Source: Setoptus koraiensis (lineage: Eukaryota > Animalia > Arthropoda). From it: a DNA stretch of 64,000 bases. The DNA is taken from the NCBI GenBank assembly GCA_048013815.1, contig CM106586.1, positions 24,242,001 to 24,306,000 on the forward strand, given 5' to 3'. Within the stretch, counting starts at the first letter, position 1, and each line of letters begins with the position of its first letter. The notes under the pieces were generated by a model. It was not told the DNA's origin and searched no databases. It saw only the letters and a list, made by a program, of their open reading frames with translations. The position numbers were made by a program, and so were the translations under genes. Below, one piece after another: positions 1-14,143 of the stretch.

Positions 1-1463
1 TATTGTGCTACACTCTAGTGCGTCTTACCTGTGCTGGCTTGTTGTCACGTCACTACATGTAGCCGGTATATCCATGCATGAATATTGTTCAGCTACACGG
101 ATATGTCACCAGCACATGTCACCATTGGCAGCTGATCGGCGGTCATGGGCGCCAATGAGCATGACATTTGTAGTTGCTGCTAATGGTTTTTGTGTGACGA
201 GCGGCCGGATAATATTCAATAGCAATACAACTTATATAACAAGAGTACAACAATAGTATAACAATGCCATACACACAGCATAACTATACTATAGGTAGTG
301 ACTGGATAAATAGATGGATAGTCAGTTGTTTCAGTTGAGCGAACTCGTCGTCGGAATGCGCACCCAAAATAGACAACACACACACACACATCAGAGCGTA
401 TAAGTTGCCATTTTTGTTGTTGTGCTTGTTGGCGCTGCTGTTGTGGTTGTCGGTGTTGTGGTTGTCGGTGTTGTTGTTGCTGTTGTTGTTGCTGCTGTTG
501 TTGTTGGGATCCGTCATTATTTATGGTATGATATTATTTTTATTTTTGCCCAATGTGAACACACAAGAGTGTCTATACAACAGCAAGCCAACAGCACACA
601 ACATGCGACCAGAAAAGTTTTCTTGTCTTTGTGTTATCGCTGCAACGACTTGCCTTATTGTAAATTGTTCATTTTGATGAGATAATTATTCTTCTCAGTC
701 ACACATCTCACTCGAATCGAATCGACTCAACTCAAGTGTTCGCTGTCTCTTGATCTATCTCATGTATACATATTGCATGTATATGCAGCGTCGGCATATC
801 CAGAGTCACTCATTCAAAGCGAATAATGGATTCTTTCTCTCTCTCTCTCTCTCGCCAGCCATGCAACTATCTGGCGAATCATCACGGTGTTCATTTGACT
901 TTGAGTAGACACTGTCGACTAACTCAATACGCTATATATTATATGATTATGATGACTGCGACGATGACTGCCGCGATGACTGCCATGATGATTGCTATGA
1001 TGATTGCGATTGCGATGACGATGATGTACAGCGCGCCAATATGATGATGCGGCCCGCCGCATCATCCCGAGCCGCATGTATTATTTGAAGATGGCGCGAT
1101 GAGCACAACAGATTACAGACACACATCAATTAGTGGGATAATTTCTCAATATTTCTCGATATTTTCCAATATTTTCCAATATTTTTATATTGTCTAGCCG
1201 GTTGTTGGTAGTGGCTGTTCATGGCATCATAGGCAGCATCATGGCCGTCATCATAGCTACACCTGAGCTACACCCGAGCTACACCTGAGAGCCGTAGAGG
1301 TTAAAGATAAAAGACCTGGCGAGAGACTGCAGGCAACAGCCAGATATTGCTAGCTGTCTCACTGTTGATCGGGCATATCTAGCCGGCGCGATGCCATGAG
1401 ACAAGAGAGCATCGACCGATCGTTGCCATCGGGACACATACACTACGACAACAACAACAACAA

Positions 1464-1516
<53 letters not shown>

Positions 1517-4500
1517 ACAACAACAACTACTACGACAACAACAACTACGGCCAAAGCGGCAACAACAACAAAACAAGTAATTACGCCAACAACAACAGCG
1601 CCAGCAGCATCAATAGAGCGTACGATAATTGCGAAGCTAGCGCGGGATTAGTGGTCGCGTAGTCGAACAGTGATTGATTGCAGCTACCCACGTACTATAA
1701 ACTAAAGTATAAGCTAGAAGTTATAATAAAAATCCGAGCTCTGGACAAGCTGTGTCAAGGCTGCTGTGAGAGGAACAACAACAACAATAACAAGATGATA
1801 TTGAGCGTGTGTGTGCGTTCGGACCAATCAGAAAGTGAGCTCAACTCTGATATAGGCTCACTAGACGCTACTCGCACCTGTCTCTGTGTTTAGTTACCCA
1901 GGTAAGAGCATTTAACAACAAGACAGAGCAATCTCATTCGCGGACGATACGCGAGAATTCGAATTGGCATTCGAATTGTCGAACGGGCGAACGCTCGAAT
2001 GTGTGCTGTTGGCTCCAATGTTCTGACAATGGCTCACACCAACCGACACACACACACACACACTGCTAAACGTGAACTGGATGATAAAGAACAATAAACG
2101 TTATTGTTCTTCTTCTCTCTTACGCTGCATGGATATATAGTTAGGTTGACGTTGTTTTATTCGAGATTGTCCATGTTTATTATCATCTCTTCTAATGTTG
2201 TTGCTGCTGCTGCCGCACAACAGCAACAACAGCGCCAACTACAACGCCAACAACAACGCCAACAGCAGAATTGAATCCACGCATCGAGTCATCGCTGGAA
2301 CAATAACAATAACTTACTTTATCTCATCTTCTTTAGCTTACCTTGGCAACAATACTGGCCGCTGTTGTTGTTGTTGTTGTTGGCGCCTAATATGTAGCTG
2401 GCTTTACAGCATCACTACATATTAGGCATATTACATAAAATCACACACATTTGATCTGACAAAGATTACTCCTACTGTTTCTATGTGCTGGGCGCAATTG
2501 TCTTTGTATGTCTACTCCGCCGACAACGAGACAACAACCAGACAACAACCAGACTAGACAAGATCGAAGCAACCGAAGCACATAACGAGCACATATATAC
2601 AGGTATTGAGCAGCAATATTATTTGAGGCACAGTGAGCAAAAATAAACTTTATTATTATTATCAGCGTCATGATGAGATTATCGGCGCAATTGATCAACG
2701 TTGACTTGAACTATTTCTCTTTTTATCGCATGTTCGCCAGCCAATAATGAGGCTAGGCAGTCAGAGATCTAGCGAATGATCAAGCGATGATCGCCTTGGC
2801 ATATTCTATTATCTCACTTATTACTGCTCATTGTTGTTGCTGTTGCTGTTGTTGTTATTACCGTCACTATTATTACCAATGCTGTTGCTATTATTATTAG
2901 AATAGACACACAACTACCTACTGGTATTATTAATGTGCCTTGTTTAATGTACACTCGCCACTAACAAGCGTACGAGTTGCAATAATATTCAATTGCTGCA
3001 CACCCTTACATAATAATCACAACAACCTTTTATAGGACACTATTGGCGCGCCTATCACTTACACATGCGCAAACATATCATAACACGCTATGATATGTGC
3101 TATGATATACGCACATGAGTATCACATTGCACGCACACCTTTTATAGGCAACTTTTTTCCTCCAATCAACTGCTGTCAAGGTGAACTAATAGTGCCATAC
3201 ACACGACCCCTCACACTGTGCAAGTTACACACTTTTGCCACTTTACCATACCTTGCACACATTATGTAACACTGCTTACATAATACAACCATTATTATTG
3301 TTTTTGTTGTTAGTATTATATCGTTGTAAGAGGTATGCACGCAAAGGTGTTTTTATTCGCCATTATGCTGGTCGTATCATAAATCTTTTGCGTAATGATT
3401 TGCGCGCAATTGTATGTTTGTTGGCCATTAGATTAGATCCGTCAGTTAGCTGCAACAATATTATGTGCATGCACATGTCCGCGCACGCTGAATCGCAGCA
3501 CAATCTAAGCAATCTGTGCCAAACGAATACTGTACAAATACAGTACAAGTAGTTGGTTCAATAGTTTGGCCCATCGGGCACAGTAGCTATACGACACTGT
3601 GCCAAATGTTGTTGCGTGCATCATCAACGAGCGCACGTTACATGACAGTAGTACTCTACTGTGCAGTACTGATAGTAGTAGTGGTAGTGCGGGTTATATA
3701 ATAATAATAATTACAATCTGTATATAACTGTCGCACGAGGGGTAGAGGTGTCAGAGATCCCCTCATGACACTTATATCAGTTAGTTGCGTGTTGTACAAT
3801 GTTGAATGTGTCACTCGCTCAATTGTCGTCCACGACTACGCTCGCGCCCCCTTTTAACAAGACACAACTGCAACAACGACGCGCAACAACAACCAACGAC
3901 GACGAGCAAGATACTTGTGGCCTCATGTTATTGGGCTCGGTTATGGATTAGGTCGAGTTTGTTGTTGGGTCGCACTATGAGTGTTTACCTAGTGATTGTG
4001 GGCCCAACTCAAAAGTTATACGCACACACACGGCGAGAGAATAAGCGGCCTTTGTTGATAGTGGGCCCACTAGGCCAACTAACAAGCCTACTACTTATGT
4101 GATACTACTTGTGTCATACTACTTGTGTCATATATTAGTGAGTGACGCCGCTCACAAGAAGTGTCACTGTTGATAATATCAGCTGGCAGGGCCAGTACTT
4201 AGCGCCATCGAGAGAGCGGCTTGATTCCAATGAAACATAATCTCTGTACAGTTGTTGTTATGGTTGTTGTTGTTGTTGTTGTTGTTGCTGTTGTTGGTGG
4301 TGCTGTCGTTGTTGTTGCCATTTGAATCAATGTAAGTGTGCGCCAGCAACGAAGGAAATGGAATGGCAATAGAATAACTCAAAGTGCAATTGCAATTCCG
4401 TTTTGGCAATTGCACCATGTGATAGTGTTTCAATGTGTGTTCTTTTGGAAAGAGAATTGGCGCATTGAGAGCGACACATGGAGTGAGTTTTGTTGCTCAG

Positions 4501-7500
4501 TGTGTTAATCACCGATCGCCATACATGTACTTGTATATACACTCGATTATCTGTGTGTGTTGTCGACTATATTCGATATATACACTGTATATCTACACTT
4601 TATCATATATACACAGTGTGTAGTTTAGATCGTGAGTGACTAGTGTGAGTTGTGTGTGTCTCTATACACCTATAATTATATGTTAACGGAGGTGCTAGGG
4701 CATCATCACTTATAGTCGTCATCGTCGGCGTGAGTACGGCACAACAACGACGACGATCATCATCCAATTATCTGGAGCACAATTCAGAACGAGTGTCGGC
4801 ACAGAGCAGACTAGACAGTAGACAGTAGACAGTAGAGAGTGAGAAAGATCCATCTCTCACTGGCTGTGTGTCGCTCTCGAAAAGTAGATAGCATACAACA
4901 GATAATATAACACAGCCAGCCAAACACATAGAGAGCAAAGAATAGAGAAGCTTCTTTTCGCTGCCACTTAAACGCACTCACTTGCACACACTAGCGAGCC
5001 AGCCGAACCGAACCGAACCGAAGCGAACAGAAACGAGCCAACACAACACAAGACACAAGCTGGCCTATATTTGTGTAATGTTATGTGAGCAATCTATAGG
5101 AGCGATCATGTCTCTCTTTGTGTTTAAGATATTACATATGTAAGTTATTGTACATGTGTGTACACATTATCTGTCTTGCCTCGAGCCACTCGCTTACTCG
5201 CCGATTTTGATTCCCTTCGATCGGCTTCGATCTGGGGACCCCATGCGAGCCCAGCAATAAGCGCACAGTGGGGCCCCATGCTAGACCAGCCAAACAACTC
5301 GAGACGCTTGTGTGTTGGCCGTGCTTGTGGGCCAAGGGCTCAGCTTAAGGCAACCAACGGCACCGCTTAAACGGCACTGGCACGCGCAATTACATTTACG
5401 TTGGCCAAAGCGCGCGCTTTAATTTTCATAATAATACATGATGCTGCTCGACCTATATCTGTCTCGCTGTCTCGCTGGCTGGCTAGCTGACTGGCTGACT
5501 GGCCTCACTGGCCTCACTGGCCCCAAATCTCTCACATGCATGCAGTTTAGTATCGTATAACGGGCACACCTGACGGCGCCAGTTGAGTGCTTGAGCAAAT
5601 AATAGCAAATGCCAAAACTACAACACAAAGCAATAGAAAGGCATAGAGAGCAGTAGAAAGGAATACGAAGCAACACAAAGGAATACAAAGGAAAGATGAT
5701 TCTTTTCGGATGCACACCACGGCCTGTGTGGATATATATTTTGTGCCATGTGGAGATATATTTTGTGCTGTGTTGATACATATTGTTGTGTTTCGTGTAT
5801 CGCTGGTCAACGAAAAGGCCTTTGCCAAACGACCAAAACAAGACACACAACTAACCATTGCGCCATCTCACATCTTACTATCACCAATATCCGATCAGTC
5901 TCATACGACACACACCGGCCAAACACAGGTAATATGAGGTCAGGTTGTAGTTAGTTTCTTTTGTTGGGGTGCGATATGGTGCTTTCGATTTATATTAGCA
6001 TTAACAACAATAACTAACAACCAATGTTGTTGTTGTTGTTGTTGTTTTTTGTTGTTTTTTAACATGATGGCTGGAATTATTTACCAGTGGCGCCATCTAG
6101 CAGGCATATATTTAACTTGAGTCACAAACAGTAATTCAATTGGACTGTGCAGCGACTACCAAGTTGGTAGTGCCAACGACAACAATACAAATGCAGCTTA
6201 CAACAACGACAACCTACAACAACAGCAACAACATGTACCGTGTATAGCCAATGGACCGGCCAATAGATGCCAATGAGAATCAATCTATGCATTGAGACAA
6301 CAACAATCGCCATTTTATTCACCAGATAACGGTTACCAGATATTACAGCAGTTGGTTACAATGAGTTGTGTGTGCCAGTAACTAAACTCATCACGTAATG
6401 GTGATAATATGATAATGACAATGGGTGTACGAAGGTGAGTCATACGAGTTAGTTCAATTAGTGGTTTATGTTGCCCTGTCCATATAGCGATAAGGTACAA
6501 GCTACTACTGTTGCAGTGGTTATTCTATTATCTGACTCGCCTATATATTTATATGCATCTCTGTGGTTGTTGTTGTGGTTGTTGTCGCTGTTGTTGTGGT
6601 GGTCGGTGTTGTTGCTCGACAACAACAACAGCAGCAGCAGCAACGAGCCGATCAGATCAGATGCTGGCTTCGAGACAAACACAACAAAGCTTGTAACACA
6701 GATGCGCGTTGCAACAACTGCAACTAACTGTATCGAGCTACAACATAGTGATAACACACTGATACACACACAGGTAGTTTGTTGGCAAACGGATATAGCA
6801 CACAAAGCAGACAAATGGAGCTCATCTGATACTATCAGACGGATAGTGGCATCAACTGGCGCTAACTGTCAGTAATTGTGCGCGCCCTTATAATTGGCGC
6901 CGTGGTCTTGCCGTCAATCATACGTGTGCCGTTATGTTGGCACTATCAAGAGCGAATATCTCACAAGATGCCAGATCCATCTTTTGTGTGCCACGAAACA
7001 CCAATCATTATTATTATTATTATTACTGTTGCGCGTCAAATATCACCTATAACAGATCTTGGTCTCTTGATTTCGCTCGCTCGCGTTCTGTTTCTTTTTG
7101 TTGTTGTTGCCGTGGTTGCCGTTGTTGCCATTGTTGCTTTTGTTGCTGTTGCTGGCAGTGATGCGATCTGATAATTGAACTGAGATCGCATCGCAAAATT
7201 TGGCTTGTCATTGCCGATCTCTGAACATTTCCAGCAACAGCAACAACAACAACAACAACCACCACCAGTCAAGAACGGCAAAAACTGGCAACTAATTGAA
7301 TAAGTCTTGCAGTCATTGCATCATGCGTGTCAGCCATAATTGTGGCCATATAAAAGGGACTCGCCGGCTGCAAGCGACCAAAAGAGGCGCACACTTGTTA
7401 GTTAGCGGCTGTTGCAATCAATTATCATATTGATAGCGGTGTTTTTTATTGCTGTTGTTGCTGTCGTTGTTGTTGTTGTTGCTGCTGCTGCTGCGAACAG

Positions 7501-8964
7501 GTGTAGTTAAGAAAGCCCGCACAGTTGTTTGGTGCGCAATGGTTGTAGTTGTTGGGGCTCAACAACTAGTATTTGCAAGCAAGCAAATGCAACATAAACG
7601 TTGCTGCTCTTGCATCATCTGGATTCGTTATGGCGCTGCTACCGACTCACTGACCGCTCGTGTGTGTGTGTGTGCGTGTGTGTGTGTGTGTATAAGTTGC
7701 CACTTTTACCTTGATCTGAGTGGCAGCATGATAATATAATAATAGTAATAATAATCAGAGATGATAGCAATAACAGTTGCAATATAGAGCTATATATTAT
7801 GTAATATATAATATTATTGTTATTGTTATTATTACTAGTAATGACCAATATTGACAAGTGTGTTTACTCAGTTGCTTACTCACTCGGCGCTGCTTTGTCC
7901 TTTTGAGCCCGGTTGCGCAATATGCGCCAGGTAAGCGGTATTGCGATAGCCGCAAGTCGCCATTGTTTGTTGAATTGTGCAATTGTTGATGCGCAAGTCT
8001 GCCTCAACACTACACACTCTGTACTACACACTCTGTACTACACACTCTGTAGCTTGCAGACTGTAGGCAGCCCGCAAATAAGCAACAAACAACGATCATC
8101 ATCATTATTATATAATATATATAATGCACACAACAACAGCAACAACAACAACAACGACAACAAACTGAAACTGATTAAAAATCGAACAACAAAAACAGAC
8201 AATTATTTTGTTGTAAGAGACTCTTAATTTTATGTTTATCCACTGTCCACTATCATCAACATGATGATGCTAATATTATATAATAATAATGGATATAATA
8301 ATATTGGATGGCACAACGCACACGCACACACATGCATGCGGTCGGCATGATGAAACACACACACACACACATATCGGAGTGTGTGATATTAACTCCGATG
8401 CTACCATGATTACATAAGAGATAAACTAACTCTTGTTGGCGGTTAGCACAGTGAGTGAGAGAGAGAGAGAGAGATTCGCTAGAGAGGGGATAAGCATAAA
8501 AATGAGCTCTATGCATCATTGGTCATTATGGCTTCAATTTGTCCAACGATCAATAAACATGTTGAGCATAATGTGTGTTTACGTAACCATTGTTTGTCAT
8601 TGTCATTATAACTCTTATCACTCTTGTGTGTTCTTATTGGACAATTCTCTCTCGTTCTTTATACTGTTTCTGTGCGCTAAGATATGGCCAAAATAAAGGC
8701 AACATATAGCCAAAATACAGCCAAGATACAGCCAAGATACAGCAAAAACAAAGCCAAACGTATAGCCACTGGCCATGGCCGAACACACAGCCAAACGATT
8801 GAAATGAACAAATGGATATAGTTGGCACTATAACAAGCAAGCAAACAGTATTAATATTACTTACTCTTTTAATTTTTATCAACTTGGCTGCCAACATCAT
8901 CATCATTATACTTGCATGTGTGTCTGTGTAGCAATCATCATGCTCGTATATTGTCCTGTCTTTT

Positions 8965-9021
8965 TATCTGTCTTTTGCATTATCGGTCTTTTGCATTATC
9001 GGTCTTTTGCATTATCTGTCT
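8965..9021. repeat. 16-bp tandem repeat (tatc[g/t]gtcttttgcat), ~3.5 copies
   Basis: Direct reading. Confidence 0.85.
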
Positions 9022-11240
9022 TAGACAGACACACACTCGAAGCGACTCGATGCTAATTTATTTCATTATGCTCCATGATGTTTGACAAAAATCGCAAAAA
9101 ATACATACGACAACAACAATGCAACCACCAACAACAAATGATTGCTTCTTCTTCTTCTTTGTTTGTTTTTTGGCTTGCCTGCCTGATTGCTAGCATACAC
9201 ATTGGGACTATGGACACACACACCATAGTTTGAAAGGTGTAATAGTAAAGTATAGGCGTGTTCACTTCCGTTGTCGCATGCTGCTGTCGTGGTCTGAGGT
9301 TGCTAATGACAAGAAAGAACAAACAAAGTTGAACAATTGAAGGTTAAACCGGTTGACAATGAACAAAAAGTAGCAAGAGACAAGAAGTAATTAAGTATCA
9401 TTTTACTCCATTCACTCATTGAGTCAAATGAGTAAGTAGGCAGGCTATCGATAAATCGATTTATTTATTCGTTTATTAATAGGCTAACTAATGAACAACA
9501 AAGCAGCAACAGCATGATTATTAGTATTAATATTGTTGTAGGCAAACAAAGAGGCGCCGAAGAAATGAGATTGGCCAAACGGTTGAGTTGATGGGAGAAG
9601 AAACGGAAACGAAGACGAGACAACGGGCAAACAACAATTGCGCTAACACTAATTAGCGGTTTCGGCCAACCAGTGGCAATGTGATTCGTGTAGGCGTGGG
9701 CGGTTGTGGCCACCATTAACACACTTACACTGACTGAGACGGTGGCCCAATGTATAAAAATATAACTGTCGATTGGCACGAGCATTCACCACACAGTCAG
9801 TAGTATTGATTATACTATGCAAAAACCATACTGATTAGGCCATTACTACTTGGCCAGATGTGTCGCCAGGTCGTATTGCTGGCGCACTTTTGAGCATCAA
9901 TAATCGATAATTATTCAAGTTCTGGCCATGACAGACACAAACACAACACACATGGTGAAACAGGTAAACATATCCCAATGTAGCCTAAACCAGCTATATA
10001 CCAGATATGGTGACATTTTTAAACTGCTCAAATAGACCAATGATGAGACGAACTGAACTAACAGCAACTTGTATGAATTGGTTACTTGTAAGCAAGAGCA
10101 CGAATGCAAATTATTCATGGCCACGTCGAGATCTTTTGCCAGTTTCACATCTTTTGCAAGAGTTACAGTATGTATGTATGATATATATCAACTGACCAAA
10201 TGATATAGTTGCAAGTTGACGAGCACAGAACACAACAATTGATGACAACAACAATAGATTCGAATACCCACCTATTTACACACACACATACACACACGTT
10301 CGAGGTAAGTAATGGTTGTTGTAAGTAATTTGTTTATTGTATTTACCTAAATGGGCATGAACTAAAGCCAAAATGAAGATAATGAAATAAGTGGATTTCT
10401 CTTCTTTTCCAGTCAATTTGATGCTCTTGTTGTCGTGGTTGTTGTTTCTGTTAGTTTTATGATAGGTGAAAAATAATACCTTCACCTACTTTCATATTCT
10501 CTCTATCATTGTTTGCTTTTCTTTTTGCTCCTCGATACACACACCATCTGATAGTGCCTATAGTTTTGCAGTATGTCATGTTGTGGGCCACTAAAGGCCA
10601 TACTGACCATGCCAGCGACCATGCCAGTGACCATAGCAGTGACCATAATAGCAGCGAGCGAAGAATGCGGAATCTCTCTATTCGCCATCGTATTAGTAAT
10701 GTATTAGTGGCCATGTCCCGTGATGGCGAGGAATCTTACAGGAATCTCTCGACACACTATTCAATAACTATGCTCATATCGAGTGTTTACTACTCGATTG
10801 GTGTGTCTGCCCCACTTATCCAATAACACTTTTCAAGTGTCTCTCTATCTGGTGTCTCATCTCACATCTCATAAAAATCTTCTTTTGGGATTCTTTTGGA
10901 GAAAACATTTTATTTTGCTTTATTTTATTTCATTTTATTTTATTAACACCAGACCAAACCAGAGATTTACACAGTGACTATGTTTGTCTAATGTATAGAT
11001 AGATGATAGTCGGTTGGAGTGATGGACACTCGATGATGATGAACAACATGACAGCAGTTACATTGATTTTGGTTGGATCAATTTAGCCGATAGATGCCAT
11101 TTGAACCAGTTGCCATTGAGCCAGCTGCCCGCTCGATTGATCCATCAGTGCATCGGTGCATTGGTCAACCGGTCAGCTGGTCAGTTGGTCAGTTTGGTGT
11201 GAAGTGACCACTAGTGATGGGCAGCAGCAGCACCTCTCAT

Positions 11241-11330
11241 ATCAGTAATGATCAGTAATGATCGGTGGTGATTGGTGGTGATCGGTGGTGATCGGTGGTG
11301 ATCTGCGATGATCTGTAGTGATCAGGTGAT
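11241..11330. repeat. Degenerate 10-bp tandem repeat (atcggtggtg), ~9 copies
   Basis: atcagtaatg x2, atcggtggtg/attggtggtg x4, atctgcgatg, atctgtagtg, atcaggtgat. Confidence 0.85.
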
Positions 11331-12536
11331 AGGAACGCCATGAAGAGGCCAAACAATATAATAATGGTGATAATAATGATGATGGTATATAGATCTCAGT
11401 GTTGAGATTGATCCATTGTGTGTGATTGTCGAGTGTCGTTATTCAAGTGGCACTACTGGTGATCTCGACAACTATGGCAAATACTCAAACTCATCCCGTG
11501 GCCTCTATCAACTAGAAATAGTCAGTCTCATAGTCAATGATCAGTCAACAAGCCTCCAACAAGCAACCAATACTCGATGCCATGCACAGAGGCATTCCTA
11601 ACAACTAAACAATCACAGCTCAAATGCCCCATTGTCACATCAAACTACTAAATACTCTGACTGAACATAACGGTGCTTACTTGTAGAATCTCTTCTCATA
11701 TCATCGAATGTATAAATGTATAAATGGTAGAAATCAACATGAGACAAATTCTCTAATTGTTGCTGGCCCCACCAACTGTGAGCACCAGCAACATGTAATG
11801 CAGTTTGGCAGCCATAAATGTCTCACTCTATTGTGCCCACCATGTTGTCGCTATGTTATCATCGCTATTATAGACATAGATATAGATGAATAAATTATCA
11901 TGCAGCAGCAGCAGCCCACCTTCATCTGGAATCATGCTAGAATCATCATAAAATCAGTTTTTATCATGCCAGAATCATTGGGAGTGCAGAGCAAAGAAAA
12001 AGAAAGTTGTTGAGTGGTGTGTGGACATACAGTGGCCATAATTATGTTTGTTTTGTGGTCATCTCGTTGTCGTCTTATTTTACCATACACTGTATGTATG
12101 TGCCAGACCAAATGCTCAATGCTCAATGCTAAATGCTGTTCAATGGTGCCCAATAGTGGACGACCACAATTATTGATATTGACATTTTAAATACATACAC
12201 ATCATCTCTTGTTACAAGACTCTTGTATCAACTAAAACACACCATGTTGACACTTTGCCCATACCTCCGCCTGCCATTATATTTATATAAACCAGCGATA
12301 TATATATATATATATTTAACATTGCAACAGTATGTTTACTTTGCATGTTTATTGTCTCATGTCCAGCTCTCGCTCGAATGGTGGCTGGCTCACAATTATT
12401 GACAACAATACAATTGTAGCATAATAGTGGTCAATAAGTAATAATCGACGGCTCATATCACGTAACCATCAATAAGCTGCACCATCGATAAGTTGGCTAA
12501 ATCCAGAGAAAAGAAAATAATTTATTTTGTCCACAA

Positions 12537-12613
12537 TTGGTCGCTAGTTGGTCGCTAGTTGGTCGCTAGTTGGTCGCTAGTTGGTCGCTAGTTGGTCGCT
12601 AGTTGGTCGCTGG
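12537..12613. repeat. 11-bp minisatellite (ttggtcgctag) x7
   Basis: Six perfect copies and one variant (ttggtcgctgg). Confidence 0.95.
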
Positions 12614-14074
12614 TTGGTGTCGGCGTTGCTCTCAAGTGCATTCGTTGCTTGGCTGCTTGATTGTCACCAACTGAGTGGTCAGTGGCTCAACATGATGGAC
12701 AACAACAATACAAACAAGTGACTGGCGTATGACAAATGACCATAGCGCCTTAATTACAACAGTCGCCACTATTTATTTCTCCCTTCTACCCTTCTCTCTG
12801 GCAATAGTGGCAATAGATCTATCTCTCAATAGATTGTAAAAACACAACAAAATATTGGTGATATTTTCACAGCAAGTGCCACTTATCAATATTGTTGTTT
12901 TATGTGTTTTATTCTCTCTTTATAATAGCACCATGGTTGTGGCATGATAACAGATTGTTATCATGGAAAGCACCTTTTGTTTGCTGTAGCCATTAGTGAG
13001 ATGCGTATGTGTGATATTGGCCATATCATCTAAGCGCTATGTATGCTGGCTACGGGTCCCCGTCGTTTGCCCGACACTCGTCGGCCGGATCGGTGGTTTA
13101 CCCGGCGAAAGGTCGGACCTTCGAATCGAAAGACATTGCCAATGGGCGTAAATTTTCAAACTTTGAGCTGAAGAACCAATCAACGAACAAATAAACCAAC
13201 CGACTGATCAGCAGATATAACTCATGCTTCTCTTCTTTCGGGCAATCGACCGGCCAGAAAAGTTGCCGCACTGTTCCGACAAAAGACTGTTGGGCAAATT
13301 ACCGCAACTGTGGTGCTCTACCGTATTGTCAATCAAAAACAAGTCCATCACACACTCGCCCATATAAACAGACAAGTACAGTTTTGTTGCTTGTTTAACA
13401 GTTATATTATTCAGCTTCCCTATCAACAGTTTTAATACCTTGAGATATCCTTGAGTTGACTACGGTTGCTTTCTTGACTACGGGATATATGTAGCCGATG
13501 CTGTCATCTTGCAGCCTGTTATATCTCTCTGTTTTTCGATGGAGTCTAATGATTTTTAATCACAATCAAAGATCGGGTCAAGTCGGCCGGTGCGGCCAAA
13601 CACAGTTAAATAGTTGTAGCGCTTTTTGTGTTTGGTTGGTGTGCCGGTTGTGGCTGTCGGTTTTGGTGCGAGATAATTATCTGATACTCTCGATCATTTG
13701 TCTTTGTGTTTGTGTCCTTATTCTAACAACAGCATTATTTTTGCCGGCATAATGGTATTGTATCAGATTGTAAATTGTTCTCCCCATCTCGCTGCCTGTG
13801 ATACATGTCCGATTCCTCCATTTATTCCATCAAATCAACAACGACAGCAATTCAAACCTGACTGACGTTAGCAATGGTGATGGCCAGAAATCTACATGTA
13901 GTACACATACAGTAGTTGTTAGTTATCTTACCTGAGAGCCAAGTGAGAATACCTAAAAAGTAAACCGAGACCGCAGCCACGTTTTATTCAAGATTCTCCA
14001 TGTCTTGTTGCTTGCATTTGATATAATTTACTTGGACTGTCTTTCTGCTACCACTGGTGGATAATCTATTCTTT

Positions 14075-14143
<69 letters not shown>
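14075..14143. repeat. (AAC)23 microsatellite
   Basis: Direct reading. Confidence 0.97.

Noticed and set aside
7349-7356. TATAAAAG as a TATA-box promoter
   Set aside because: There is no initiator at the expected spacing and no identifiable downstream gene.
10457-10714. Minus-strand ORFs with apparent signal/TM segments (WSLLWSLAWSLAWS; MVTAMVTGMVAGMV)
   Set aside because: The hydrophobic pattern comes from a 12-bp tandem repeat (tgaccatgccag-like) and appears in two frames.
1-12500. Dozens of 60-140-aa ORFs rich in V/L/C/N/Q runs
   Set aside because: They are translations of (CAA/GTT)n, (CA)n, (GA)n and short tandem repeats in multiple frames, with no domain motifs.
11241-12613. Tandem repeats as CRISPR arrays
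   Set aside because: They are head-to-tail 10-11-bp units without unique spacers, in a eukaryotic context with no cas genes.
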